DNA of 64,000 nucleotides from an uncultured Actinomycetota bacterium (GTDB taxonomy: Bacteria; Actinomycetota; Actinomycetes; Streptosporangiales; Streptosporangiaceae). Both the position numbers and the translations under genes were made by a program. The stretch lies in contig CAVQEN010000020.1 of assembly GCA_963711535.1 (NCBI GenBank), positions 220,211 through 284,210 on the forward strand, in the 5' to 3' direction. Positions within the stretch are counted from its first letter, which is position 1; each line of letters begins with the position of its first letter. The notes under the pieces are model-generated. The model had not been told where the DNA came from, ran no database searches, and saw nothing but the letters and a program-made list of their open reading frames with translations. Shown piece by piece: positions 8,194-18,274 of this stretch.

Positions 8194-8889
8194 GTGAGTA
8201 AGACCCCCTTCAACGTCGTGATCGCCGAGGACGAGGCGCTGATCAGGCTTGATCTGCGCGAGATGCTCGAGGAGGAGGGCTACGTCGTAGCCGGCGAAGC
8301 CTCCGATGGCGAGACTGCCATCAAGCTGGCCGAGGAGACGCGTCCTGACCTGGTGATCCTGGACGTCAAGATGCCCGGCCTCGACGGGATCTCCGCCGCC
8401 GAGCGGATTACTGCCAGTCAGGTAGCGCCGGTGATCATACTGACCGCGTTCTCGCAGCGCGAGCTCGTCCAGCGGGCCAGCGAGGCGGGCGCGATGGCGT
8501 ATCTGATCAAGCCCTTCACCAAGGCTGACCTGGTACCGGCGATCGAGGTGGCGGTGAGCCGGTTCGCCGAGATTGCCGCCCTGAACAAGGAGGCCGCCAG
8601 CCTCCGGGAGCGGCTCGAGGTGCGCAAGCTGCTCGACCGGGCCAAAGGCGCGCTCCAGGACACCCAGGGCATGACCGAGGCGCAGGCGTTCCGGTGGATC
8701 CAGAAGACGTCCATGGACCGGCGCCAGACGATGCGCGCGGTCGCCGAGGAAGTGCTCGCCGAGGCGGAGAAGACGGCCGCCGGCGAGGCGGGCACGACGG
8801 CTGAGCCGGGTAACCAGGCGCAGGCGGACGGCAAGGGTCAGTCGGACGGTCAGGGTCAGGCCGACGGCGACACCAACCCGGTCGGCTAG
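8194..8889 (+). CDS. pdtaR: Response regulator with ANTAR RNA-binding output domain (PdtaR-like)
   Basis: The receiver domain has VVIAEDEALIRLDLREMLEEEGY ... DLVILDVKMPGLDG ... AYLIKPF. The ANTAR-like part has LRERLEVRKLLDRAKGALQDTQGMTEAQAFRWIQKTSMDRRQTMRAVAEEVL. GTG start at 8194; Gly/Gln/Asp-rich tail. Confidence 0.9.
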   Translation: MSKTPFNVVIAEDEALIRLDLREMLEEEGYVVAGEASDGETAIKLAEETRPDLVILDVKMPGLDGISAAERITASQVAPVIILTAFSQRELVQRASEAGAMAYLIKPFTKADLVPAIEVAVSRFAEIAALNKEAASLRERLEVRKLLDRAKGALQDTQGMTEAQAFRWIQKTSMDRRQTMRAVAEEVLAEAEKTAAGEAGTTAEPGNQAQADGKGQSDGQGQADGDTNPVG

Positions 8890-9438
8890 CTCGCCAGAAC
8901 ATCGCCATAGCCAGGCATGCGATCCGCTTGCCGGGCTGTTTGCTGCCGTCGAGGCGTCTGGTGGGGCCGAACTGGGCTTGGCCTGTGAAGGCAAGCGGAC
9001 GGGGCCAGCCACACAACCCCCGTTGTGACCGGCGCCCGCCGCTTGCGGCCGCCGGACGCCGGAAGCGGTCGACGGTCATGAGCCACGAACCTTTGGTGCC
9101 ATGTCGGCCTTCCCCGGGCCAGCACGTTCTCTACTCGGTCGCCTTGCTCTCCATCCACGTTAGCGATGGGCGGCTGCGGCGCGCAAAGACACCGGGATTC
9201 CGCTGCCCGAATGACGGAAACGTCCGATAGCTGCGCCTCGCTGCAGGCCGGCTTCCGGCCCGGTTCCGACCACTTCGGGTCACAACGCCGTCCAATCCCA
9301 CGCCGTGATGCCCGGCAGCCGTGATGCCCGGATTTGTGCCTGCTGATTCCCTGCCCCGCCCCTGCCGGGAGGTCGGTCAGAGTCGATGGCTGACGGGGCG
9401 GGCGGCCGCGGTGGGACAGACTGCCGACGGGAACTGGG

Positions 9439-9920
9439 TCAGGCTGGCCCGTACGGCGGGCGCCCGCCGGGAACCGGAGCGCTGCCGCCGCCGGGAACGG
9501 CGTCGCGGTGCAGGCAGCTCAGCCGCGCAGTGCAGACGCGCTTGCCGTCCTCGTCGGTGATGACGATGTCGAACGTGGACATCGTCCGGCCGCCGTGCGC
9601 CAGCGTCGCCACTCCGGTCACCAGGCCGCTGCGCGCGGCGCGGTGATGCGTCGCGTTGATCTCGATGCCGACGGTCACCCGGCCGGGGCCGGCTTGCAGC
9701 GCAGAACCGAGAGAGCCGAGCGACTCCGCCAGGACGCAGGATGCGCCGCCGTGCAGAATGCCGTACGGCTGGGTGTTTCCGTCGACGGGCATGGTCCCGA
9801 CCACGCGCTCCGGCGAGGCCTCGATGATCTTGATGCCCATCCGGCCGGCCAGGTGCGCCGAGCTCTCGCTGTTGAACGCGTCCCGGATCTCCTGCTCGCG
9901 CTCGGACAACTCGTGCACAC
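9439..9920 (-). CDS. PaaI/hotdog-fold thioesterase
   Basis: MGIKIIEASPERVVGTMPVDGNTQPYGILHGGASCVLAESLGS...GIEINATHHRAARSGLVTGVATLAHGGRTMSTFDIVITDEDGKRVCTARL. GTG 9920 is preceded by GGAGG 5 nt upstream. The rest of track ORF 9439..10998 is antisense to polA. Confidence 0.8.
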
Positions 9921-10071
9921 CGGCCTCCGCGTTTCCTGTATGTCGATGAATTGTGATCTGTGGTGCAGCCAGCGTAGGGGTGACCAGCGGCGCTGTCCGC
10001 GCGGGCCACCGCGCGACCACCGTCCGCGCAACGGCGGGGAAACTGACAGACCCCGGCACTAAACTCTGGGC

Positions 10072-12885
10072 GTGGCAACGAAGGATCCAGCCTTGGCTGA
10101 GGCAGCAGCACCCGAGACCATCCAGCCGGACCCGGCGGTCCAGGCCGGCCAGCCGGGGGACCCGGCTGGGGCCGAGCCGGGGAGCGGGCGCCGCGGTCGG
10201 CTCCTGCTCCTGGACGGGCACTCGCTGGCGTTCCGGGCGTTCTTCGCGCTGCCGCTCGAGAACTTCTCCACCACCACGGGCCAGCCGACGAACGCCGTCT
10301 ACGGCTTCACCTCGATGCTCATCAACGTGCTGCGCGACGAGCAGCCGACGCACGTCGCGGTGGCGTTCGACCGCAGCGAGCCGACCTTCCGGCACGAGCA
10401 GTACGTCGAGTACAAGGCCACGCGCAAGGAGTCCCCGGCCGACTTCCGCAACCAGCTCAGCCTGATCTTCGAGGTGCTGGACGTCCTCGGCATCACCCGG
10501 CTGTCGGTGGCGGGCTACGAGGCCGACGACGTGATCGCCACGCTGGCCACGCAGGCGGCGCCGGACATGGACGTACTCATCGTGACCGGGGACCGGGATG
10601 CGCTGCAGCTCGTCACGCCGGCCGTGACCGTGCTGTACACGATGCGCGGCATCAGTGAGATGGCCCGGTTCACCCCGGAAGCGGTCGAGGCGAAGTATGG
10701 CCTGACCCCGGCGCAGTACCCGGACTTCGCGGCCCTGCGCGGCGACCCGAGTGACAACCTGCCCGGCATCCCCGGCGTAGGCGAAAAGACCGCGACCAGG
10801 TGGATCTCCGAGTTCGGCTCGCTGGCGAACCTCGTGGACCGCGTCGACGAGGTCAAGGGCAAGGCGGGCGACGCGCTGCGCGAGCACCTGGCGGGCGTGC
10901 TGCGCAACAGCCAGCTCACCCAGCTGGTGCGCGAGGTGCCGCTGGAGGTCGGGCCGCCCGACCTGCGCCCGGTGCCGTGGGACCGCGAGCAGATCCACCA
11001 GCTGTTCGACACCCTGCAGTTCCGCGTGCTGCGCGACCGGCTGTACTCCACGCTCCCGAACGGCATCGGCCTGCCAGCCACTGCGGCCGGCGGGCAGGCT
11101 GCCGAGGCGGCCGGATTCGACGTGGACGTGGTCAGGCTCGGGCCCGACGAAGTCGCGGACTGGCTTACCAGAAACGTGGCCGGCGTCGGCCGGTCCGGCC
11201 TCGCGGCGAGCGGCAGCTGGGGGAGAGGCACAGGTTCTCTCACCGGCCTGGCCATCGCGGCCCCGGACGGCAAGGCGGCCTACCTCGACCCCACCCGCCT
11301 CACCGAGGCCGACGACAAGGCACTCGGAGCCTGGCTAGCCGACCCGGAGCGGCCGAAGGCCCTGCACGACGCCAAGGGCCCGATAGACGCGCTCGTGGCC
11401 CGCGGCTTCGACCTGCAGGGGCTGACCAGCGACACCGCGCTGGCCGCCTACCTGGCCCTGCCCGGGCAGCGGTCCTTCGACCTGGCCGACCTGGCGCTGC
11501 GCTACCTGAACCGGGAGCTGACGGACGCCGAGCCAGCCTCCGGCCAGCTGACCCTCGATGTAGCCGATGACGCCGAGGTCGCCCGCGCTCTGGCGCAGCG
11601 GGCCGTGGCGACTGCCGAGCTGGCGGACGCGCTCGACCGCGACCTCGCCGAGCGCGGCGCGACCGAGCTGCTGGCGGAGGTCGAGCTGCCACTGGTGGGC
11701 GTGCTTGCGCAGATGGAGCGGGCCGGGATCGGGGCGGACTCCGAGCATTTCGCCTCGATGTCGGCGGAGCTCGGCGGCGAGGTGAAGTCCTCAGAGCAGG
11801 CCGCGTTCGCGGTCACCGGGCACGAGTTCAACCTAGGCTCGCCCAAGCAGCTGCAAGAGGTGCTGTTCACCGAGCTGAGCCTGCCGAAGACCAAGCGGAT
11901 CAAGACCGGATACACCACGGACTCGGAGGCGCTCACCAGCCTGCTGGTGCAGACGGAGCATCCGGTGCTCATCCACCTTCTGCGCCACCGGGACGTCGCG
12001 AAGCTGAAGAGCATCGTGGACTCGCTGATCCCGATGGCTGACGTGGACGGCCGGATCCACACGACCTACAACCAGATGATCGCCGCGACCGGGCGGCTGT
12101 CGTCGACCGACCCGAATATGCAGAACATCCCGATCCGGACCGAGGAAGGCCGCCGCATCCGGCAGGGCTTCGTGGTCGGCTCGGGCTACGAGTACCTGCT
12201 GACGGCGGACTACAGCCAGATCGAGCTGCGGATCATGGCCCACCTGTCGCAGGACGAGGCGCTGGCAGCGGCGTTCTCCTCCGGGCACGACTTCCACGCG
12301 GCGACGGCCGGCCGGGTGTTCGGCGTGGCGCCCGACGCGGTCACATCGGACCTGCGCAGCAAGGTCAAGGCCATGAACTACGGGCTGGCCTACGGCCTGT
12401 CGGCGTACGGGCTGTCGCAGCAGCTGCGGGTCTCGCCGGAGGAGGCCCGCGGCTATATGGACGAGTACTTCGAGCAATTCGGTGGCGTTCGCGACTACCT
12501 GCGTGAGGTCGTCGCCCGGGCGCGGATGGACGGCTATACCCAGACCATGCTGGGGCGGCGCCGTTACCTGCCCGACCTCACCTCGGACAACCGGCAGCGC
12601 CGGGAGATGGCCGAGCGAATGGCGCTCAACGCGCCGATCCAGGGCTCGGCGGCCGACATCATCAAGGTGGCGATGCTGGCGGCTAATTATGAGCTGCAGG
12701 TGGCCGGGCTGCGGTCCCGGATGCTGCTCCAGGTCCACGACGAGCTGCTGTTCGAGGTCGCTCCCGGAGAACTCGAGGCGGTCAAATCGCTGGTGCGGGT
12801 GGCGATGGGCGGCGCCGCGGACCTGAGCGTGCCGCTGGAGGTCTCGATGGGCTGGGGCCGGAGCTGGGCCGACGCCGCCCACTAG
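10072..12885 (+). CDS. polA: DNA polymerase I
   Basis: 5'-nuclease N-terminus (LLLLDGHSLAFRAFFAL, GDRDALQL, GIPGVGEKTA) and polymerase motifs (DYSQIELRIMAHLS, RSKVKAMNYGLAYG, QVHDELLFE). 937 aa, GTG start. Confidence 0.97.
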   Translation: MATKDPALAEAAAPETIQPDPAVQAGQPGDPAGAEPGSGRRGRLLLLDGHSLAFRAFFALPLENFSTTTGQPTNAVYGFTSMLINVLRDEQPTHVAVAFDRSEPTFRHEQYVEYKATRKESPADFRNQLSLIFEVLDVLGITRLSVAGYEADDVIATLATQAAPDMDVLIVTGDRDALQLVTPAVTVLYTMRGISEMARFTPEAVEAKYGLTPAQYPDFAALRGDPSDNLPGIPGVGEKTATRWISEFGSLANLVDRVDEVKGKAGDALREHLAGVLRNSQLTQLVREVPLEVGPPDLRPVPWDREQIHQLFDTLQFRVLRDRLYSTLPNGIGLPATAAGGQAAEAAGFDVDVVRLGPDEVADWLTRNVAGVGRSGLAASGSWGRGTGSLTGLAIAAPDGKAAYLDPTRLTEADDKALGAWLADPERPKALHDAKGPIDALVARGFDLQGLTSDTALAAYLALPGQRSFDLADLALRYLNRELTDAEPASGQLTLDVADDAEVARALAQRAVATAELADALDRDLAERGATELLAEVELPLVGVLAQMERAGIGADSEHFASMSAELGGEVKSSEQAAFAVTGHEFNLGSPKQLQEVLFTELSLPKTKRIKTGYTTDSEALTSLLVQTEHPVLIHLLRHRDVAKLKSIVDSLIPMADVDGRIHTTYNQMIAATGRLSSTDPNMQNIPIRTEEGRRIRQGFVVGSGYEYLLTADYSQIELRIMAHLSQDEALAAAFSSGHDFHAATAGRVFGVAPDAVTSDLRSKVKAMNYGLAYGLSAYGLSQQLRVSPEEARGYMDEYFEQFGGVRDYLREVVARARMDGYTQTMLGRRRYLPDLTSDNRQRREMAERMALNAPIQGSAADIIKVAMLAANYELQVAGLRSRMLLQVHDELLFEVAPGELEAVKSLVRVAMGGAADLSVPLEVSMGWGRSWADAAH

Positions 12886-12897
12886 GGCAGGTCCGCG

Positions 12898-12922
12898 CCT
12901 GGGGTGGCTTCGCCGCCCCAGG
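12898..12922 (+). terminator. GC-rich hairpin downstream of polA
   Basis: CCTGGGGTGGC-TTC-GCCGCCCCAGG, about 10-11 bp with one G-U pair. It starts 13 nt after the polA stop and has no T-tract. Confidence 0.4.
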
Positions 12923-13139
12923 ATTGACCGGCCGCCCGGCCTCTCATATGCTGAACGCTGCACTGTGTTCTGGTGCAGTCCGCCAATGGTCAGGCAGCCC
13001 GCGTGGCAGTCTCACTGCAGGTCGCGGTCGGTCATGCTGGCCAGGCATGTCACGCACACCATGACTTCCTTTGTCGGACACGCCGCTCACGGTACTGTCC
13101 GCAACTCAACCCATGTCCGTATCCGGAGTCCACCACCAC

Positions 13140-14615
13140 ATGACGAGCAGCACTGAGGCCACCTCGACCCCCAAGGTAGCGGTCAACGACATCGGTTCCG
13201 AGGAGGCCTTCCTCGCCGCGATCGACGAGACCATCAAGTATTTCAACGACGGCGACATTGTCGAGGGGACCGTCGTCAAGGTCGACCGGGACGAGGTCCT
13301 GCTCGACATCGGCTACAAGACCGAGGGTGTCATCCCGTCAAGGGAGCTCTCGATCAAGCACGATGTGGACCCGCACGAGGTCGTCAAGACCGGCGAGCAC
13401 ATCGAGGCTCTTGTCCTGCAGAAGGAGGACAAGGAAGGCCGCCTGATCCTCTCCAAGAAGCGCGCGCAGTACGAGCGGGCCTGGGGCACGATCGAGAAGG
13501 TCAAGGAAGAGGACGGCGTCGTCACCGGCACCGTCATCGAGGTCGTCAAGGGTGGTCTGATCCTCGATATCGGCCTGCGCGGCTTCCTGCCCGCCTCCCT
13601 GGTGGAGATGCGGCGCGTGCGCGATCTCCAGCCGTACGTGGGCAAGGAGATCGAGGCCAAGATCATCGAGCTGGACCGCAACCGCAACAACGTGGTCCTC
13701 TCCCGTCGCGCCTGGCTGGAGCAGACCCAGTCCGAGGTGCGCCAGAACTTCCTCAACACCCTGCAGAAGGGCCAGATCCGCAAGGGCGTCGTGTCCTCGA
13801 TCGTCAACTTCGGTGCGTTCGTGGACCTCGGCGGCGTCGACGGCCTCGTGCACGTGTCCGAGCTGTCCTGGAAGCACATCGACCATCCCGGCGAGGTTGT
13901 GGAGGTCGGCCAGGAGGTCACGGTCGAGGTCCTGGACGTCGACATGGACCGCGAGCGCGTCTCGCTGTCGCTGAAGTCGACGCAGGAAGACCCGTGGCAG
14001 CAGTTCGCCCGCACACACCAGATCGGACAAGTCGTTCCCGGCCGGGTCACGAAGCTGGTGCCGTTCGGCGCCTTCGTCCGGGTCGAGGAGGGCATCGAGG
14101 GCCTGGTTCACATCTCCGAGCTGGCCGACCGCCACGTGGAGATTCCCGAGCAGGTCGTGCAGGTGGGTGACGAGATCTTCGTCAAGATCATCGACATCGA
14201 CCTGGACCGCCGCCGAATCAGCCTCTCGCTCAAGCAGGCCAATGAGGGCGGCGCCGGCGACGCCTCCGGCGAGGAGTTCGACCCGACGCTGTACGGCATG
14301 CCTGCCGCCTACGACGAGCAGGGCAACTACCTGTACCCGGAGGGCTTCGACCCCGAGTCGGGCGAGTGGCTCGAGGGCTTCGACGCCCAGCGGGAGGAGT
14401 GGGAGCGGCAGTATGCCGAGGCTCGCGCCCGCTACGAGGCGCACCAGGCGCAGGTGGCCGAGGCACGCAGCAAGGCCGACGCTGCCGGCGAGGCAGACGA
14501 CGAGGCTCGCGAGCACCACAGTTCATCGAGCACCGACTCCGACCGGGCCGGCACGTTGGCCTCGGACGAGGCGCTCGCCGCGCTGCGGGACAAGCTGTCT
14601 GGCGGCCAGAACTGA
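13140..14615 (+). CDS. rpsA: 30S ribosomal protein S1
   Basis: Repeated S1 domains (GDIVEGTVVKVDRDEVLLDIGYKTEGVIP, GTVIEVVKGGLILDIGLRGFLPAS, KGVVSSIVNFGAFVDLGGVDGLVHVSE, GRVTKLVPFGAFVRVEEGIEGLVHISE). ATG 13140 with GGAG 11 nt upstream; the track ORF start at 13071 is probably too early. Confidence 0.95.
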   Translation: MTSSTEATSTPKVAVNDIGSEEAFLAAIDETIKYFNDGDIVEGTVVKVDRDEVLLDIGYKTEGVIPSRELSIKHDVDPHEVVKTGEHIEALVLQKEDKEGRLILSKKRAQYERAWGTIEKVKEEDGVVTGTVIEVVKGGLILDIGLRGFLPASLVEMRRVRDLQPYVGKEIEAKIIELDRNRNNVVLSRRAWLEQTQSEVRQNFLNTLQKGQIRKGVVSSIVNFGAFVDLGGVDGLVHVSELSWKHIDHPGEVVEVGQEVTVEVLDVDMDRERVSLSLKSTQEDPWQQFARTHQIGQVVPGRVTKLVPFGAFVRVEEGIEGLVHISELADRHVEIPEQVVQVGDEIFVKIIDIDLDRRRISLSLKQANEGGAGDASGEEFDPTLYGMPAAYDEQGNYLYPEGFDPESGEWLEGFDAQREEWERQYAEARARYEAHQAQVAEARSKADAAGEADDEAREHHSSSSTDSDRAGTLASDEALAALRDKLSGGQN

Positions 14616-14660
14616 CACCATCGGCCACGGACTACCTCAGCCGCGGCCAGCATGACCACG

Positions 14661-14693
14661 ACGGGCGCCCGGTGCGATGCACCGGGCGCCCGT
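14661..14693 (+). terminator. Perfect 15-bp hairpin downstream of rpsA
   Basis: ACGGGCGCCCGGTGC-GAT-GCACCGGGCGCCCGT, followed by TGCCGTT. Confidence 0.55.
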
Positions 14694-14725
14694 TGCCGTT
14701 CCGGCGCGAGGGGTAGTTTGCTGCC

Positions 14726-15334
14726 GTGCTCAGAGTCGGACTGACCGGCGGCATCGGAGCCGGGAAGAGTGAGGTATCGCGCCGTCTGGCCGCTCAGGGC
14801 GCGGTACTGATCGATGCTGATCTGATCGCCCGGGAGGTGGTGGCGCCCGGCACCGACGGTCTCACCGAGGTCATCGAGGCATTCGGCCCTGGTGTACTCG
14901 CAGCCGACGGCTCGCTGGACCGCGTGGTCCTCGGCGACATTGTGTTCGCGGACTCGGCCAAGCTCGCCACGCTCAACTCGATCGTGCACCCGAGGGTCGG
15001 CGCCCGGATGCGGGAGCTGGAGCAGTTGGCTGGCCCCGCCACGGTCGTCGTGCACGACGTTCCGCTTATCGCGGAGAACGGCCTGGCCCGTTCGTACGAC
15101 CTCATCGTCGTCGTGGACGTTCCGCCGCGCGCCCAGCTTGAGCGGCTTGTCCGGCTGCGCGGCATGACCCGCGAGCAGGCCTGGGCGCGCATGGCGGCTC
15201 AGGTCAGCCGTCAGGCGCGGCTGGCCATCGCTGACATCGTCGTGGACAACTCCGGCTCCCTGGCCGAGCTCGACCGTCAGGTGGGCGAGCTCTGGACCGA
15301 GCTGCGCCGCCGGGCAGCGCTGACACGCTCCTGA
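14726..15334 (+). CDS. coaE: Dephospho-CoA kinase
   Basis: [15 protein letters not shown]-loop, [30 protein letters not shown] start; sits between rpsA and uvrB as in other actinobacteria. Confidence 0.9.
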   Translation: MLRVGLTGGIGAGKSEVSRRLAAQGAVLIDADLIAREVVAPGTDGLTEVIEAFGPGVLAADGSLDRVVLGDIVFADSAKLATLNSIVHPRVGARMRELEQLAGPATVVVHDVPLIAENGLARSYDLIVVVDVPPRAQLERLVRLRGMTREQAWARMAAQVSRQARLAIADIVVDNSGSLAELDRQVGELWTELRRRAALTRS

Positions 15335-16818
15335 TCGGGCCCGTCAGTGTCGTCGGGCGGGGTATCGGTCGGGGCACCGGTCGGGCTGGCACGCAGGCGG
15401 CCGGTCAGGCACAGCCACACCAGGACCAGCGCCACCACGGTGAGCGCGATCGGAGCTTCGTACAAGACCTGAAAGTGCATGGTATGCCGCAGCCAGACCG
15501 GTCGCCGGGAGAAGATCGCCAATCCTGGCAGCTCGGCTGCGGCTCCGATGGCGCCACGAGCGACCACGACCCAGTCCAGGGAAGTGACCGGCATCAGCGC
15601 CAGCAGCGGGAAGATCATGGCATCGAACCACGGGCGCTGCTGCGGCGAGCAGACCAGCCACGCCAGGGTGGCGGCCAGTGTCGGCCGGACAGCGGCCAGG
15701 TCGGGCGGACCGTCCGGCAGGCAGCGCAGCAGCACGACGGCCAGGCCGATGGTCACCGCGAGGGCCAGCAGGTCGAGTCTGCCGTCATGCCGGAACCAGC
15801 CATCCAGCCGGTACAGCGCTCCCCACGGTTCGTAGGGAGTCGCCGCGCGGGCGGCGGTCCTGGTCACGGTCTGAATGGCGCGCTGGCCGGCCAGCAGGTA
15901 GCTCGGCAGCACGATGGCGGCTCCGCCGGCCGCGAGGCCCGCCAGCTCCCGTGGTGACCGGATGGCGGAGATGGCAAGGCCAAGCCCGAACAGGGCGAAG
16001 GGCGCCTTGACCGCGGTCGCCAGGCCTGCCAGTGCCCCGGCCAGCAGCGCGGGACGGAAACCCGGCTTCCGGAAGGCCAGCAGCGCCAGCACACCACATG
16101 CGGCGCCGATACCATCCACGTGGCCGCCCGCCATCACGGCAAGCAGCATCAGCGGGTTGGCCGACCAGAGCAGGTGAGCGCGGGATCTGCGGGCCGGGTC
16201 GGACCGACAGGACCGGTCCAGGGCGAGAACCACGGCAAGGAACGCCAGCGCGTTCCAGAGTTTGAGCCAGAACACCGTTCGCGCGGCCGAGGTCCCGGCG
16301 AGTTTGCTGGCCGCAAGCTCGCTGGCGGTGGCCAGCGGTCCGTACACCGACGGGACGTGCTCCCAGGCGCGAGGCGCGACCCTGCCCACCGGATCTCCGG
16401 TGCGCCGCAGCTGCGCGGGCGTCATCTGGTAGGGGTCATGGCCGAGTGCCGCGATCCGGCCGTAGGACGCATAGTCCAGCATGTCGGTCGAGCCGATGGG
16501 GGGCAGCAGCAGGAATAGCAGGACAGCGACGACCGAGCCAGCAAGCAGCAGCCGCCACGGCCGCCAGCCCCGGCGCACTGCGATCAGCCCGGCGATCAGG
16601 CCGACCGCGCCGAGCAGAACCGCCAGCCAGGCGAGGCAGGACACGGTTCCCGGCCGGGGATGGTATTTCAGGAAGTACGGCGGCCACGGGGCGGCCGAGC
16701 GCAGGTACGGTACTACCCACGACGGACCGAGCAGGCCGAGCGCGGCCAGCAGCACCAGGCTGCCGATGATCCCGGTCAGCGCAAGTCGGGCTGGCCGCGT
16801 GTGCGGCGCAGGCGGCAT
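15277..16818 (-). CDS. Polytopic membrane glycosyltransferase (GT-C, DUF2029/GT87-like mannosyltransferase)
   Basis: More than 10 hydrophobic helices. The loop [25 protein letters not shown] ... [12 protein letters not shown] is typical of actinobacterial polyprenol-phosphate-mannose-dependent transferases. Start taken at ATG 16818 (GGAG 8 nt upstream). The 3' end overlaps coaE convergently by 58 nt. Confidence 0.75.
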   Translation of the reverse strand: MPPAPHTRPARLALTGIIGSLVLLAALGLLGPSWVVPYLRSAAPWPPYFLKYHPRPGTVSCLAWLAVLLGAVGLIAGLIAVRRGWRPWRLLLAGSVVAVLLFLLLPPIGSTDMLDYASYGRIAALGHDPYQMTPAQLRRTGDPVGRVAPRAWEHVPSVYGPLATASELAASKLAGTSAARTVFWLKLWNALAFLAVVLALDRSCRSDPARRSRAHLLWSANPLMLLAVMAGGHVDGIGAACGVLALLAFRKPGFRPALLAGALAGLATAVKAPFALFGLGLAISAIRSPRELAGLAAGGAAIVLPSYLLAGQRAIQTVTRTAARAATPYEPWGALYRLDGWFRHDGRLDLLALAVTIGLAVVLLRCLPDGPPDLAAVRPTLAATLAWLVCSPQQRPWFDAMIFPLLALMPVTSLDWVVVARGAIGAAAELPGLAIFSRRPVWLRHTMHFQVLYEAPIALTVVALVLVWLCLTGRLRASPTGAPTDTPPDDTDGPDQERVSAARRRSSVQSSPT

Positions 16819-17011
16819 TCCAGGATCTCCCGTAGTGAGTGCGGACACTGCGGGGCGGCGCGGGACTGACCGGCCCGCGCGGGACAGACTGGCCCGCGCC
16901 TCAGCTAAGGGCAGCCACGCTAATCCGGCTGAGAGGAAACTGGATCTTAACCGGGCACGCGGCAGCACCCGGCGGAGCGTGAGCGGAGCCGGGTCCGTGC
17001 TGGGCCGGCGG

Positions 17012-18274
17012 TCAGGCCGCTGCGGGTTCGACCGTCACTGTGTAGCCGAGCCTGGCGAGCCGGGCGATGAGGTTGTCCTTGTAGTGTTCGGGGTTCTGGC
17101 GTCTGGTGTAGAAGTCCTCGCCGAGCTCGGCGTAGGGCTCGCGGCGTTCCAGGATTGTGTAGATGATCAGGATGAGGGTGTGGGCGACGGCTACGGCCGC
17201 TTTCTTTTTCGCCCGCGCGCTGCGCTGCCCGCCGAAGCGCCGGACCAGGCGGTGGTACTGGGCGCCGGGCCGGGTGCTGGTGCGCGAGCAGGCCCAGGCC
17301 GACTCGATCAGGGCGGTGGCCAGGTGCTGGTTGCCGTGCCGGGTGCCGGCGGGGCGCCGCCGGCCGCCGGACTCATTGTTCGCCGGGCACAATCCGGCCC
17401 AGGACGCCAGGTGGTCGGCGTCGGGGAAGAACGACATATCGGTGCCGATCTCGGAGATGATGACCCCGGCGGTGAGCCTGCCGATGCCGGGAATGGTCAT
17501 CAGCAGGTCACGCTCCGCGGCGAAAGGGGCCATCAGCACCCCGGCCTGCTGCTCGACGGTGTCGATCAGCTCGGTGAGCTCGTCGATGTGGCGCAGGTGC
17601 AGCTTGCACATCAGGGCGTGGTGGCCGCTGAACCGGCCGGCCAGCGCCATGGACAGGTCGGGGATCTTGGCGCGGAGCCGGCCGCGGGCCAGGCCGGCCA
17701 GCACCGTGCCGCGGCGTTCCCCGTCGATAAGGGCCTCGATCATCTCGCGGCTGGAGGCGCCCATCACGTCGGAGGCCACCGAGTCGAGCTTGATCCCGGC
17801 GTCTTCCAGTGTCCTTTGCAGCCTCTGGATCTCGCTGGTCCGCGACCCGGCGAGCTTGGCGCGGTACCGGGTGAGGTCCCGCAGCTCGGCGATCTGCGGG
17901 GCCGGGATGTACGATCCGCGCAGCAGCCCGCATTCGAGCAGCTCGCCGAGCCAAGTGCAGTCAGCCGCGTCGGTTTTGCGGCCCGGAACGTTCTTGACGT
18001 GCGCGGCGTTGCACTTGATCACCTCGAAGTCCCCGAACTCCGCCAGCGCGTAATACACGGGGTTTGAGTAGATCCCGGTGCTTTCCATCGCCACGTGGGT
18101 GACCCCGCACTCGGTCAGCCACGCGCACATCTCCTTCAGCACGCCGTAATACGTCTTGTACTTGCGGACCTGGCTGCGCCGCTCACCCGGATGCTCGCCG
18201 GGCGTGCGCACGCACACCGCGATCTCCTTCTTCGCCACGTCGATCCCCGCGCACCGCTCATACACCACCTGCAT
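17012..18274 (-). CDS. IS110-family transposase/recombinase
   Basis: N-terminal DEDD domain (CAGIDVAKKEIAVCV ... VAMESTGIYSNPVYYAL ... NAAHVKNVPGRKTDAADCTWLGELL) and C-terminal Transposase_20-like part (IPGIGRLTAGVIISEIG ... FPDADHLASWAGLCPANNESGGRR). Confidence 0.92.
   Translation of the reverse strand: MQVVYERCAGIDVAKKEIAVCVRTPGEHPGERRSQVRKYKTYYGVLKEMCAWLTECGVTHVAMESTGIYSNPVYYALAEFGDFEVIKCNAAHVKNVPGRKTDAADCTWLGELLECGLLRGSYIPAPQIAELRDLTRYRAKLAGSRTSEIQRLQRTLEDAGIKLDSVASDVMGASSREMIEALIDGERRGTVLAGLARGRLRAKIPDLSMALAGRFSGHHALMCKLHLRHIDELTELIDTVEQQAGVLMAPFAAERDLLMTIPGIGRLTAGVIISEIGTDMSFFPDADHLASWAGLCPANNESGGRRRPAGTRHGNQHLATALIESAWACSRTSTRPGAQYHRLVRRFGGQRSARAKKKAAVAVAHTLILIIYTILERREPYAELGEDFYTRRQNPEHYKDNLIARLARLGYTVTVEPAAA

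Noticed and set aside
15277-15334. A 58-nt convergent overlap of coaE and the glycosyltransferase gene.
   Set aside because: Both ORFs are well supported, and tail overlaps of this size are common in high-GC genomes where stops are scarce. No evidence of anything beyond that.
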